Positions 10,448-21,626 of a DNA stretch of 64,000 nucleotides are shown one piece after another. Each line of letters starts with the position of its first letter. The first letter of the stretch is position 1. This DNA is from a virus. The notes under the pieces were generated by a model that saw only the letters and a list, made by a program, of their open reading frames with translations, did no database searches and was not told where the DNA came from. The translations under genes and the position numbers were made by a program. Location of the stretch: IMG/VR virus record IMGVR_UViG_3300025093_000018, positions 1 through 64,000 of that record; one strand, given 5' to 3'.

Positions 10448-11905
10448 TTATTTCTCCTCTTTCCAGGCAATAGATACAGTAGTATCTCCAGCACTTGTTC
10501 CTGATACTGTCTTAGCTGCTATCACAAAAGTTTCTTCTGGTAATAACTCTGTCTTTAATTTTGTTAAGTCTGCACTTGCATCCCCATTAGCTGCTACAAT
10601 AAAGGAAAAAATTAACGTACCATTTGTTACAGTAGTACCTGATTTATCAATAACTGAAATACTATTAAACTCATCCACAAATTGATAATTAGTAGTACCA
10701 TCTACATCAGGAGTTTTATAAATTTCTACAATAACTGCTTTATTATGTTCACTATCCACAAATACTGTGACAGGAAAAACTTTTCCTAAATTATAATAAT
10801 TTCCATAAACTAATCTACTCTTTAAAGTAATTAAATTAGTAAGAGTAGTTCCAAGACTACTAACAATATCATTATCAGAAAATGTATTATTTTTAACAAG
10901 CTCGTCCCCTTCAAGAGATATGGAAGCAGAAGCTCCTAAAACTGTTAAATTAGTTCCACTACTACCAAGGCTAGCAGAAGCCCACCCAACTTTTAAATTA
11001 GGTTTTCCTGTATGAGTAACTGTATCAGTGTTAGACCATTTGATGCGATGAACTTCTACAAAAATACCTTTATTTGGATCATATACAGAAAATGTAATAT
11101 TAGCTACACCTAGATACCCGTAACGTATTTTATATACATTTAGTTTTGTGGGGTCAAACCCACTAAATGGTGTTGTAGTTATATTCCAGTTTGTTTGTGC
11201 TTCATGTCCATCTGTTTTGGCTTTACCTGCTGTTTTTTGTGCGATAGATGCCGTGACTCCACCACTAACTGAAAATGTACCAGTCTGTACTGCTGCTGAC
11301 TTAGCTATACAATATACTACATTTGAAACTTGTTCAAAACGCCATTTCCCACTTAACGTACCATCAGCAGCCAATCCTGCTCTTATTTCTTCTGCATTTG
11401 TTTCTGTATTACTATTAGTTACTGATATACCTACTGCATCATCAGCCAAAGTTACAGTACATGTCCCGGCACCTGTGGCAGTTACAGTAATTATTTGTTC
11501 TTCAGCAGCCCCATCATAGGAATGAATAATACCAAAATTAGCTCCATCATATCCAAATGCAATAGTTTCCGTTAGATTAAACATTCCACCAAATTGTAAA
11601 GAACTAGCTATACCAGTAGTAAAAGCAGCTGTAAATTTACAAACTATACCTTGTCCAGCCCTATAATTTAAAGTTTCTCTAGATCTTACCACACCATATC
11701 CGCCTAAAGAAGTCCCCGATTGACATCTAAATAGGTTACCAACATTATCTGCTATACCACCAGTTGCCGTAAAAGTTTCTAATTCTTGTAAATTAGAAGG
11801 ATCTATTTTATATTTATTTGCTAATTGAACAACAGGAGTTAAATGGGAAGTTATTTGCTCCCCAAAAGCACCATATTCATTATTATTCGATTTAATTACC
11901 GACAT
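10448..11905 (-). CDS. Putative tail/structural protein
   Basis: 485 aa Gly/Thr/Ser-rich beta protein, YRAGQG and YGYLG motifs. Confidence 0.55.
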   Translation of the reverse strand: MSVIKSNNNEYGAFGEQITSHLTPVVQLANKYKIDPSNLQELETFTATGGIADNVGNLFRCQSGTSLGGYGVVRSRETLNYRAGQGIVCKFTAAFTTGIASSLQFGGMFNLTETIAFGYDGANFGIIHSYDGAAEEQIITVTATGAGTCTVTLADDAVGISVTNSNTETNAEEIRAGLAADGTLSGKWRFEQVSNVVYCIAKSAAVQTGTFSVSGGVTASIAQKTAGKAKTDGHEAQTNWNITTTPFSGFDPTKLNVYKIRYGYLGVANITFSVYDPNKGIFVEVHRIKWSNTDTVTHTGKPNLKVGWASASLGSSGTNLTVLGASASISLEGDELVKNNTFSDNDIVSSLGTTLTNLITLKSRLVYGNYYNLGKVFPVTVFVDSEHNKAVIVEIYKTPDVDGTTNYQFVDEFNSISVIDKSGTTVTNGTLIFSFIVAANGDASADLTKLKTELLPEETFVIAAKTVSGTSAGDTTVSIAWKEEK

Positions 11906-11917
11906 TATTATTATAAT

Positions 11918-12697
11918 TTATTTTATTAACCACTCAGTCCCTGTAAATTGATAAGTATGATTCTCTCCCTGTAAAACTACTTCTGTTTGACTTTCAAAGT
12001 CTACATTATTTCCATTCCCATCTACTATTATTTTACCACCGGCATTATCATACTTATACACATTTATAACATCGTCTTTACTAGGTGATTGTGGTAAGGT
12101 TACTGTTTTATCACTTCCTCCAGTTGTCATTACAACAAAATCCCCAGCAGAAGCGTTATAATTATTAGACACTTCTGTTATTGTAGACCCGTCGCCTCTT
12201 TGAGAATTTAACTCTGACTCATATAGAATATTTGAAATATTTGCATTTTGTAAGTCAGAAAATTTTATTTTAAAAGTATATATTATAGCAACATTTGTAT
12301 CTGCCGGAGTTCCAGAGAATACATAATTTCCATCTGCATCTAGTGATGTTGTTACTATCGTTCCCCCACTAGTTTGAGGGCTTTCCCAAGTGACGTTATT
12401 GTTCCCATCAATCTTTGAAAGAATTGCATCTTTTGAGGCTCCAAACTTGTCGAGTACGATCGTCCCATTCGTCGGTACAGTAACCGAGTCTGGTGAGCTT
12501 GTTCCTGCGACAACTTCATAATATGTGATAAGTAACTCATTATTATTTATTATTGTTAGCGTTCCAGATACCTCATCTATTGCGTCTTTAACATTAACAG
12601 ATGTTAACCCGGACGCAGTATTATCATAGTTTACCTGGCTAGCTCGAGAAACCAATCTATACCTATTAAGTATATAATCAAATATAACTTTACTCAT
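11918..12697 (-). CDS. Tail fibre protein
   Basis: ASQVNYDNTASGLTSVNVKDAIDEV fibre repeat and C-terminal TVTLP...W domain. Confidence 0.65.
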   Translation of the reverse strand: MSKVIFDYILNRYRLVSRASQVNYDNTASGLTSVNVKDAIDEVSGTLTIINNNELLITYYEVVAGTSSPDSVTVPTNGTIVLDKFGASKDAILSKIDGNNNVTWESPQTSGGTIVTTSLDADGNYVFSGTPADTNVAIIYTFKIKFSDLQNANISNILYESELNSQRGDGSTITEVSNNYNASAGDFVVMTTGGSDKTVTLPQSPSKDDVINVYKYDNAGGKIIVDGNGNNVDFESQTEVVLQGENHTYQFTGTEWLIK

Positions 12698-12700
12698 ACC

Positions 12701-13549
12701 TTAACTTTTAAGTAATGGTTTCTTCTTTTGTTTATAACTAAATATATTATTACCTTCTCCATCAGGTATATATTTATATGCTATACCTTGAATAAGTTGT
12801 GAGGGGTCTACATTATACTTAGATGATGTACCATAGTGTCTAACTTTAACGTGTGGTGCTGTCATAGAACCTGATCCAGTTGTATACCCCCAAATTTCAT
12901 CCCCCCTTTTTAACTTTTTACCTTTAAGATTTTTTATATCAGTTTCTGTCATAGGATCAAGATGCATATACTGTGTTTTAGTACCGTCAGAATTTCTAAC
13001 CACTACATAATACCCAGCTGCAGGTTTTGCTCCGGTTCCTACTTTTGATCCATCGCCTTCCAATAAAACACTTTCAATAACCCCATCTGATAAAGCATGA
13101 GCTTTTCCAGTAGAAGTTGTAATATCAATTCCTCTAGAGTGTTCTTCTTTTCTCCCTTTTAAATTTCTTAATCCGTACCCTCCAGTAACTTTAATCGTAG
13201 CATCCCCTACTTTAACCTTATCACCCTCTTTAAGACTGTTATAGCCATCTTCTACAGAAAAGTTATGCCACTTACCATCTATAACTTCTTTATCCTTAGA
13301 CTGCGTTGTTTTACTTCTATTAATAGGTTTTTTATTTGTAATAGATGCAGCTTTAAAATATCTTCTAGCTGGTGACTCAAATTCTCCAGGTATAGTATTA
13401 TGTTTATACCCGTGAGGCTGTGAGATCATATGGTCCATAGGTTTTACATCACCAGAGTAACGACTAAGGTCAATTATATCCTGAGGAATAGTACTAGGAT
13501 CAGTACCGATAAATTCGCCACCTTTTTGATATTTCTTTAAAACCCCCAT
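12701..13549 (-). CDS. M23-family peptidase-like virion protein
   Basis: HSRGID (HxxxD), GYYVVV...YMHL, GSMTAPHV; N-terminal KYQKGG. Confidence 0.75.
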   Translation of the reverse strand: MGVLKKYQKGGEFIGTDPSTIPQDIIDLSRYSGDVKPMDHMISQPHGYKHNTIPGEFESPARRYFKAASITNKKPINRSKTTQSKDKEVIDGKWHNFSVEDGYNSLKEGDKVKVGDATIKVTGGYGLRNLKGRKEEHSRGIDITTSTGKAHALSDGVIESVLLEGDGSKVGTGAKPAAGYYVVVRNSDGTKTQYMHLDPMTETDIKNLKGKKLKRGDEIWGYTTGSGSMTAPHVKVRHYGTSSKYNVDPSQLIQGIAYKYIPDGEGNNIFSYKQKKKPLLKS

Positions 13550-14208
13550 TACTTTGTAACGTACTCTTGTTTTTGATTATCTTGCCTATCGATCATTTCA
13601 ATCATAGCTTCTGCTAAAGCAAGTTTATCCCCATTTTTATGTTTACTAATTAATCTTTTAGTATCCTCTCTACTAAAAATACGAGCTCCAGGTTCTATAT
13701 TAGCAACAACTTCTCCGTCCGTGTTAAGTATTTGCAATTTATTAGGATCCACTTTTATATCATCAACTTTAACCTCAAATACCTTCTCACCAACCATTTC
13801 AAACCTACCGCCATGTTTAAATTTTTGTACCCCTTTTAATTGAGTAGATAAATCTTTTTCAGGGTTTAAAGTCATGCCAAGTCTAATCCCTAAACGATCT
13901 ATATCGCCTTTATTTAACTCTAATACCATATGAGGTGGCATAAGAGCTGTAATACCAAACCTATCATCTTTATCTAAAGATCCTACCTGTATAACTTCCC
14001 AGTTAGAATCTAGCATTACAAAATCAAGATCATAATTCATATCGCGCATAACCATAGTAACGTTAGAAGGTTTTGGAAACATAAATAACATTCCTTTATT
14101 TTTACCTAACCTCTTAGTACCAGAAAGACCTTGATATAAGGTCTCTTCTGTATTGGCCACGGCGACCTTTAATTTTTTATCACCTATATTTAATTTATAT
14201 AGCCCCAT
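13549..14208 (-). CDS. DUF192-like domain protein
   Basis: VAVANT...QGLSG...GMLFMF...MRDMNYDLDFVMLD...VLELN pattern; KFKHGG then a C-terminal domain. Confidence 0.7.
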   Translation of the reverse strand: MGLYKLNIGDKKLKVAVANTEETLYQGLSGTKRLGKNKGMLFMFPKPSNVTMVMRDMNYDLDFVMLDSNWEVIQVGSLDKDDRFGITALMPPHMVLELNKGDIDRLGIRLGMTLNPEKDLSTQLKGVQKFKHGGRFEMVGEKVFEVKVDDIKVDPNKLQILNTDGEVVANIEPGARIFSREDTKRLISKHKNGDKLALAEAMIEMIDRQDNQKQEYVTK

Positions 14209-15635
14209 TAATCTGTCATTAATTCAGAGTAATCAAACGTATTATCAGCTAATTCTTTATTCACTAGTTCCCCTAATTTTTTCTTAGCTTCCGGATTCTT
14301 TTTAGCTTCTTTAGCTAGTTTTTCTATTTCTAAAGTAGATTCTTTATTAATAACTAATTCCTTACTTTCTATCTCAGCTACTTTAGCACCATTTTTTACA
14401 ACGGGTAAACCTCTATCGCCCTTTACACTTGTATTATTTTCCTCATCATGAGATGGCCCATCTACAATTACATTAGTTTTAGCCACATCTATTTTACCGC
14501 CCCTTCTAAATACAGGTACAGTTTTACTTCCGTTTTTCTTGAAAATAACTTTTGTAGGTTTAGTTTCTCTCCCTAAGAGTGTACCACCTTTCTCATACCT
14601 ATGTGTAATTTTTCTAGGCTTAGCTTCTGGTGTTGGCTCGTCTCTTTTTTCAGTTTCTGCTTTAATAGAAGCTATTTCATTCACAGAGATAATACCATAT
14701 CTAAGCACACCACCTTTTTTATATCTAAGATTACCTTGAGCATCATATCTAGATGCTTCATTCATTACTCTTTGATATCTAGCCTTTTCAGTAGCTTTAC
14801 CAATTATCTTTCTTTTTTGCTCCCTAATAGCAGCATTATGTCTTTCCCTAGCAGCGGCTGCTTTTTTCTCAGCTTTTTCTCTCTTTTCCTTAGCTCCTTT
14901 ACCAGAAAAATACCCAGCTACACCACCAATAACAGCTCCAGCTGCAGCACCAATAGGTCCTAAGGTCATACCAATACTAGCACCGGTAGCAGCACCAGAC
15001 ATAGCACCGCCAACATCTTCATTTTTATTAGCAGATTGTTGAGCACCAGCAGCACCAACTAAAGCAGTACCAGCCGCAACAGCAGCTCCACCACCAGCAG
15101 AGAAACCACCTCCTCCACCACCGCCGGATTTACCGCCACCAGAAGCAGCAGCTCCACCGCCTTTAGCTGTAGCAGCTCCACCGCCTGTAGGTTTACCAGC
15201 AGCTTTCCAATCAGCCCTAGACATAGCACCTTCCCCAGCACTAGATTTATATCCAGAATACCCTTTACTTTTACCCATACCACTAAACATACCACCTCCA
15301 GATCCTCCAGATTGTTTCCCACTCTGATAACCACTTATACCAGCTTGCATAGCTCCAGTCGTAGCTCCAGCATAATCAAAGTCAGTTTTTTCAAACTCAG
15401 GGGCTTCTTGTTCTTTAAGTAAATCAGCCTTATCCTTAGCCTCTGACATAGTTTTATTATGGTCTAAAAATTTTCTTCTTTTTTTATCTTTTTCAACAGA
15501 AGATAATTCTTTATCCTTACTTCTCATATTAAGATTAGAAGATGGTCTAATAGTTCCAGGTGGGGTCATACTATTAAGACTATTCCCATAAGCATCTGGT
15601 TGGTATCTGTTAAAAGCGTTATTTCTTAGTAACAT
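14208..15635 (-). CDS. Glycine-zipper putative ejection/membrane-channel protein
   Basis: GAATGASIG..GPIGAAAGAVIGGVAG zipper, Gly/Ala tract, three KxGG motifs. Confidence 0.6.
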   Translation of the reverse strand: MLLRNNAFNRYQPDAYGNSLNSMTPPGTIRPSSNLNMRSKDKELSSVEKDKKRRKFLDHNKTMSEAKDKADLLKEQEAPEFEKTDFDYAGATTGAMQAGISGYQSGKQSGGSGGGMFSGMGKSKGYSGYKSSAGEGAMSRADWKAAGKPTGGGAATAKGGGAAASGGGKSGGGGGGGFSAGGGAAVAAGTALVGAAGAQQSANKNEDVGGAMSGAATGASIGMTLGPIGAAAGAVIGGVAGYFSGKGAKEKREKAEKKAAAARERHNAAIREQKRKIIGKATEKARYQRVMNEASRYDAQGNLRYKKGGVLRYGIISVNEIASIKAETEKRDEPTPEAKPRKITHRYEKGGTLLGRETKPTKVIFKKNGSKTVPVFRRGGKIDVAKTNVIVDGPSHDEENNTSVKGDRGLPVVKNGAKVAEIESKELVINKESTLEIEKLAKEAKKNPEAKKKLGELVNKELADNTFDYSELMTD

Positions 15636-15701
15636 ATTGTGTGTATTTATTTCTTAGATATCCTAATATATAGCAAAATATCTCTAAATTTTAATGTTCT
15701 A

Positions 15702-16010
15702 TTAAAGTTCTCCTCGATCGATTATTGACGTATCAAGGTCTTGAAAGTTTAATGGTAAGGTAGGCATTTCAGAAGCCCATTCCGATTTTGATGGCTCAAC
15801 TAAGATAGGTTTACCTTCAGTTGTTCGTAAATCTACTCTACCGCCTGCCCCAGCAAAATTTTGACTGGTATAATCCCCCGACTCTAATACATTACCATCT
15901 TCATCAGTAGATTGCTTACCATACTTACCATATAAAAAATTATGTATAAGTTGTTCTTTATTTCTGTAATCAGTATCGTTATTACAAACTATTCCTCTAA
16001 AAGTAGCCAT
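15702..16010 (-). CDS. Hypothetical protein
   Basis: 102 aa ORF following the LamG protein. Confidence 0.55.
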   Translation of the reverse strand: MATFRGIVCNNDTDYRNKEQLIHNFLYGKYGKQSTDEDGNVLESGDYTSQNFAGAGGRVDLRTTEGKPILVEPSKSEWASEMPTLPLNFQDLDTSIIDRGEL

Positions 16011-16012
16011 AA

Positions 16013-18223
16013 TTAGTATATATTATAAATTTTATTTAATTTAGTGTGTAAATTTTGAACAGTAGCTACATCAGTATAAGGAGCGTAATCCATATAAGCC
16101 ATCTCTACATCTGGAGAATAAGTAGCAGCTGAATTTACTTTTGCTCCCATCTGTATTGCATCGGATACAGTATAGTCATCTAACCAGTCTCCTGTAGAAG
16201 ATCCTGACATAACTTCATTAACCCCATTTATTATAACAGCTAATGTAGAAGCGCCTTTTTGCATAAATGACATTATATAGGTATTTCCAGCTGTGATTGT
16301 AGTAGTTGTAGCATCTCTAAAAAATACCCCGGCACCATCCTTATTATATAAAACCCTAGCATTACCTGATGTAGTAACGGCCCCTAGATGTCTCTCGGTA
16401 TTTGTAGCTACGTCTACAACAGAATATAAAATATTTGTAGCAGATAGATCAGTTATTTTACATACAACAGTAAATACACCAGTAGTTCCTAAAGTACTAC
16501 CGTAATTAGCCACTGAATTTTCTAAATAATCTGTTCCTGCATCTACAAAAGTAATACTAGATTCATTATTAAAATCTACGTCAGATGTAGTAAATGTAGG
16601 TTGATTAGCAGCAGCTGGGTTAGCCATATCATATTTCCCCAGAATATCAAAAAGTGTTGTAGTTGTACCGTCTACGAAACTCATATTAGCATTCCACATA
16701 TTATGTGTACTATAAGTATTAACTATCTCACTTATCGCTACCTCAAAATCCATACCATAATACTTCATAATATCTTGGTGCATAGATCTTAGATCAGCGT
16801 CACTTAAAACCGAATCATGGTACATAGTTAATGCCCAATCCATCGAGGCAAAAGATTCTGTAGATTGATTAGAAAACCCTATAGAAATATTATCAAGCTC
16901 CCCAGCAACCATATCATTTAACCACTGACCATCAGCTGTTATTGTAGCAGTAGATTGCTCAATACCATTTACCCATATTTTAAAATTTACCCCATCAGAC
17001 AACACAGTGCAAATCATTTTAGGATATCCTCTAGGTTGAGTGTTTTGAAAGTTATTAATAGTAGATGTTCCGTTAATAGATCTTATACGCCCAAAATTAC
17101 TAGAACCAGTGCCACCACCAATAAAATATCTATTATTCGATGATTTATCAGCTGTTGAAAACGCATAAATTAAATCATCGTTGGGGGTACAAATATAAGT
17201 TATCATACCTACGTTATCTCCTGATCTAAAATCTGAAAAGTTTTTATTAAATCCAGTAGATGTACCATTAAATTTAAACGTCTGTCTTCCTTTGTAGTTA
17301 GAATCATCATATTGTATAGTGGGGTAATTCCATCCATGACTAGATAAATCGTGCGTCCCAGCATAATCATACAATACCACATGAGAAGTTATTTCAGTTT
17401 CAGCTATATCACCAACCTCACAATTTACCGAATCAGCTGTTATACTACTTATTTCATCATAAAATCTCCACTCATTAACTACATCGCTATTATAATTATC
17501 AGAAGCATTATCAAATCTATAGTAAACTATAGCATTAGATATACTACCTTCATCTTTAGGAAAACCATTATTATATATATCAGTTACAGCAGCTGCATTT
17601 TTAGCATCACTTGTAATTAAGATATCACCAAACTTACCGTCAAAAAATTCGGTATTACCACCTGAATTGTAATTTAAACACCCAAGTCTACCATTATCCA
17701 ATCCCGTGCAATCTGTAAACCATTTTGTACGATCTACATCCACAGCCCATATAGTAGATATATCAACCCCATTCACAAATAAATTAGGTTTAACTCCATC
17801 ATGAGCCACTAATAAATGTACCCAATTACCATCAGTTGTATCTATAGCGAAGGTAGATCTAATATTCCACTGGGTAGTACCGGCAATACCTAAAGCCACT
17901 ACAAATCTTCCAAGAGTATCTATTTGGAAGACTAAAAATTCATTAGCATCTGTATCACCAAATGTTATTAATCTGTGAGTAACACCAGCTATTACATCTG
18001 GTAAATATACCCAAGTAGAAATTGTACCTGTAGTCTGAGATGCAACAGCAGTTAATACATTATCAAAATTAACATACTCATCTGTAACTACAGTTAAAGC
18101 ATTCTTAGTAGAGTATTCACTGATATTTTCAGCACTCCACATATGTAAAGGGCTATACTTATTATATATTACCGGTAAAGACGGAGGCTTTGCTCCCGCA
18201 TATAAACTAGAATGAAAAAGCAT
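16013..18223 (-). CDS. LamG-domain tail fibre/RBP, paralogue of 7509-9659
   Basis: Shares MWSAEN and YYRFxNASDNYNSDxxNEWRFYDEISSIT blocks with the 716-aa protein. Confidence 0.75.
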   Translation of the reverse strand: MLFHSSLYAGAKPPSLPVIYNKYSPLHMWSAENISEYSTKNALTVVTDEYVNFDNVLTAVASQTTGTISTWVYLPDVIAGVTHRLITFGDTDANEFLVFQIDTLGRFVVALGIAGTTQWNIRSTFAIDTTDGNWVHLLVAHDGVKPNLFVNGVDISTIWAVDVDRTKWFTDCTGLDNGRLGCLNYNSGGNTEFFDGKFGDILITSDAKNAAAVTDIYNNGFPKDEGSISNAIVYYRFDNASDNYNSDVVNEWRFYDEISSITADSVNCEVGDIAETEITSHVVLYDYAGTHDLSSHGWNYPTIQYDDSNYKGRQTFKFNGTSTGFNKNFSDFRSGDNVGMITYICTPNDDLIYAFSTADKSSNNRYFIGGGTGSSNFGRIRSINGTSTINNFQNTQPRGYPKMICTVLSDGVNFKIWVNGIEQSTATITADGQWLNDMVAGELDNISIGFSNQSTESFASMDWALTMYHDSVLSDADLRSMHQDIMKYYGMDFEVAISEIVNTYSTHNMWNANMSFVDGTTTTLFDILGKYDMANPAAANQPTFTTSDVDFNNESSITFVDAGTDYLENSVANYGSTLGTTGVFTVVCKITDLSATNILYSVVDVATNTERHLGAVTTSGNARVLYNKDGAGVFFRDATTTTITAGNTYIMSFMQKGASTLAVIINGVNEVMSGSSTGDWLDDYTVSDAIQMGAKVNSAATYSPDVEMAYMDYAPYTDVATVQNLHTKLNKIYNIY

Positions 18224-21200
18224 TAACTAAAAGTTTGATTGAATGATGCTAGATAGTTTGTCCCGTCGTAAAAAAGAATAATTAAATCTATAGCTGAAGC
18301 TCCAGTAGAAATTACTGGTGCAGTACCTCCAGGCCATTTAACTGCTGCAGGCCACACAAGGTCTCTTGGTGTAGTAGCGTCTTGAATTACTTTTACTACA
18401 TAAGATGCTCCTGCTTTAGGATTACTTAATGTTAAGGTAACATCTCCCGTGGCAGAGGCTAAATCTACTGTAGCAGCATTACTATCATTCCAATCAATTG
18501 TTTCAGTAGTTCCTGTAGGTGTTAAAGTAGAAGCAGCCGCAGAATATGCTTGACCTTCAACTCTATGGTTACCTTTTACATCTAGTGCCTCTGTAGGAGA
18601 GGTAGTATTTATACCTACTTTTCCTGTACTATCTAATTGTAATCCTGTATAATGTATTTTATAAGCTTGTGATCCTACTGTTGCACTTGTATCTACATCA
18701 ATAGAAGTACCACTTGTATATGTAGTAATTGTACCTGCATTAGTACCATCAGCAAAAATAAATTGAGAACCAACCATCGCTGCTGTAAATGTTGTACCAG
18801 AACCTGTAATAGTATTACCAGATTGTGATGCTGTACCTGTTTCATACTGTATAGGAGATACAGATAAATCATTAGCAGGCACTTTAACAAAAATACCTAA
18901 TTTACCAGTACCAGCCATATAAGAATCGGCTGTCTTAGCTAATAAGAAACTTGGCGTAGTTTCCTCCCAACCTATACCAAAAGAATTTCCAACTGAATTA
19001 GTTAAATCTGTTGATGTTGGATTATCTGATCTACCTATTATTATAGCTCCAGCTGCCGATGCAACACATCCTCCACCTATTGCTATAGATTCTATACCTG
19101 TAGCCTCTGCTTCTGTACCTATTGCAATAGTATGAGCAGCACCAACTATTGCTGTATGCCCTATACCTACACCGCTAGATGCTCCAGTATCTGTTACAGA
19201 ATATCCTATTAAAAAGTTTGCTGCTGTAGTAACAACAGATGTTCCAATAGCTATTGCATAATTAGCCCCGGCAGTTGTCGCTCCATTACCTATTGCTACT
19301 GAATACCCTGCCCCAGCATTTGCTTGAAATCCAACTGCTGTTGCTCTAAACCCAGTAGATACTGATGAACCGCCAAGTGCAACAGCATTATTTCCTGTAC
19401 CATCAGCGCCATTTCCAATAGCAACTCCTGCCCCTGTAGTTGATCCTACTCCAATAGCAATACCTCCATTAGCTGTGTTTGTAGCATCTTTCCCGATAGC
19501 TACAGATGATGAGGCTACACTTGCATTAGTTCCAATAGCAACTCCATATACAGCACCTGCTGCACTTTGAGTAGCACCTACACCTATAATAATTTGTTCT
19601 CTTGTACTCCCCGCATTATCACTTGCTCCATTTCCAATCACGATAGATGAAGCATGGGTAGCTGATGCATTAAGACCTATAATAACAGTAGTGTTAGTAT
19701 TAGGAACAGCACCTTCGCCTAATGACCAAGAACCATCATCTCTAATTTGAAAAAAGTCAACCCCCGCAGAATCTTCAACAAGAAAAGAGGTAGTTCCAGC
19801 ATCTGTCCCTTCCCCTTGAACATGTAATTTTGCATCTGGAGCATCATCACCTATCCCTAACCTACCATTTATATAGTTATAACCAGAATCAGATAAATAT
19901 AAACCGTATCTAGCTCCAACAGCAGGCGCTCCAGTTACAGCACTTAGATCAGGTGTATAATAAGCTTTAAATCCTGTAATAGTACCTAAATTAGAAGTAG
20001 ATAAACCACTCCAAGATCCTATAGCTTCGGTTATAGTACCATTAGCTGTAACAGTTTGAAATTCATTAAGAATGCCAATACCTTGGGTTACAGTACCCTG
20101 ATCAACTAAAATAATTCTATTAGCACTACCAACCATACCTCTAGATGCGGTAAGTGATTGTCCAGCAGTTGTTTGATTCCAAACAGCCATATTTCTAGAC
20201 CCTCTAATAGAGGTAAGGGCATCACCAGCAACAACATCTTGTAAAACTCCTACAGATTGAGTCCCAAAGAAAGCAGCTCCAGGAAGAACAGTTTTTGTAT
20301 TTTCTGTATAACTACCAACGTCTTGAAGTAATCCTGCGGTTGGCCCACCACCTTTAACAAACATTACAAGACCGTCTCTAACTTCAAATTTAGTCCCTAC
20401 AGTAGGAGAACTTGTATTAATAGCTATCTGCTCTGATCCTCCGTCTATCCAAAATAAGTTAGATCCACCGCCAGTAAAAAATGTAAAATCATCAGTTAAA
20501 GTAGCAACTACTGATGTAGGTACAGTACCACTTCCTGCGTAAATACCATAACTAAGCGGTGTGATGTCGCTTAACATAGCAAGTGTTCCGGACTTATCGG
20601 GAACAGTAACAGCTCTATCCGCAATACCAGCAAATGTAAATATTGATTCTACATTAGTTGTACTACTACTAAAAAATCCAAGCTTATCAACATAAGCTGT
20701 ATCGTTAGTTTTTAAATGTCTAAGAACCCCAGCAGAACCCCCACCAATAGCAACAGACCCTGTTACACCTATATCAGACTGGATTTTACTAGAAGTACCT
20801 ATAAGTACAGGTGATACACTTGCGTTAAGAATTGAGTGAGTAGAAGTGTTTAAACCAGATTTAAGTATTATCTTATCACCAGCTTTAACCTGTATAATAT
20901 TATCAGAAGCAAATGCTTGAAACCCTGCTTTAGGTGTTACCCCTATATAATCAAACCCCATAGTAGCTTCAGCATCATCAAAATAGATGTTTGCTTTAGC
21001 ATATCCACCAGAATCATTCGTTATAGCTACAACATTGTCAGAACTATCTCTTAAATTAATCTGACCACCACCATTTAATGCATCAATAGTTTGACCATCA
21101 TTAGTAGTATTTCCAGCCGCCAATACTTGAGCTAAAGTATCAACATTAGATTTAATACCTAAAAAATCTGCAGCTAAAATAGCAGAATCTGCAGTAGCCA

Positions 21201-21618
21201 TTAATATATCACCTATATTTAGAGTAGTTTCCCCAGCAATACCAGCAATAGTACCACTAACAGAAATTATCCAAAAATCACCCTTTTGAATATTAGCAGG
21301 TGCAGTAGCTGATAAACCTTCATCATCTACACCAGAACCTATTTGACCAGCCGTAACGCCGTCAGGGATAGCTCCAGTTGAGGCGTCATAAGTACCAATT
21401 AAAGCTCCAAATTTATTTAAATCATCAGCAGTTACTATCTTTTTAATAGTAGTATCGGAGTAAATATAAATGTCTTTTTCGCCTGTAGTTAATTGCCACA
21501 TTCTACCCTCATAAAGATCACCTCCAGTAGGGTGGGCACCTAACTTTTCAACAGAAAAATTTCTTATCTCATGTTTATTATGGTCAATATGTACGTGTAT
21601 ATTATTAGTGTCTGCCAT
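18223..21618 (-). CDS. Long tail fibre with YadA-like head repeats
   Basis: Many AIG/AVG 14-residue repeats, RLGIG..P..KLHV fibre motifs, C-terminal QDATTPRDLVWP domain. Confidence 0.75.
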   Translation of the reverse strand: MADTNNIHVHIDHNKHEIRNFSVEKLGAHPTGGDLYEGRMWQLTTGEKDIYIYSDTTIKKIVTADDLNKFGALIGTYDASTGAIPDGVTAGQIGSGVDDEGLSATAPANIQKGDFWIISVSGTIAGIAGETTLNIGDILMATADSAILAADFLGIKSNVDTLAQVLAAGNTTNDGQTIDALNGGGQINLRDSSDNVVAITNDSGGYAKANIYFDDAEATMGFDYIGVTPKAGFQAFASDNIIQVKAGDKIILKSGLNTSTHSILNASVSPVLIGTSSKIQSDIGVTGSVAIGGGSAGVLRHLKTNDTAYVDKLGFFSSSTTNVESIFTFAGIADRAVTVPDKSGTLAMLSDITPLSYGIYAGSGTVPTSVVATLTDDFTFFTGGGSNLFWIDGGSEQIAINTSSPTVGTKFEVRDGLVMFVKGGGPTAGLLQDVGSYTENTKTVLPGAAFFGTQSVGVLQDVVAGDALTSIRGSRNMAVWNQTTAGQSLTASRGMVGSANRIILVDQGTVTQGIGILNEFQTVTANGTITEAIGSWSGLSTSNLGTITGFKAYYTPDLSAVTGAPAVGARYGLYLSDSGYNYINGRLGIGDDAPDAKLHVQGEGTDAGTTSFLVEDSAGVDFFQIRDDGSWSLGEGAVPNTNTTVIIGLNASATHASSIVIGNGASDNAGSTREQIIIGVGATQSAAGAVYGVAIGTNASVASSSVAIGKDATNTANGGIAIGVGSTTGAGVAIGNGADGTGNNAVALGGSSVSTGFRATAVGFQANAGAGYSVAIGNGATTAGANYAIAIGTSVVTTAANFLIGYSVTDTGASSGVGIGHTAIVGAAHTIAIGTEAEATGIESIAIGGGCVASAAGAIIIGRSDNPTSTDLTNSVGNSFGIGWEETTPSFLLAKTADSYMAGTGKLGIFVKVPANDLSVSPIQYETGTASQSGNTITGSGTTFTAAMVGSQFIFADGTNAGTITTYTSGTSIDVDTSATVGSQAYKIHYTGLQLDSTGKVGINTTSPTEALDVKGNHRVEGQAYSAAASTLTPTGTTETIDWNDSNAATVDLASATGDVTLTLSNPKAGASYVVKVIQDATTPRDLVWPAAVKWPGGTAPVISTGASAIDLIILFYDGTNYLASFNQTFS

Positions 21619-21626
21619 AATTTAAA

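Noticed and set aside
7509-18223. DGR or invertase-driven tail fibre switching
   Set aside because: No reverse transcriptase or recombinase, paralogues are in the same orientation, and differences are not adenine-specific
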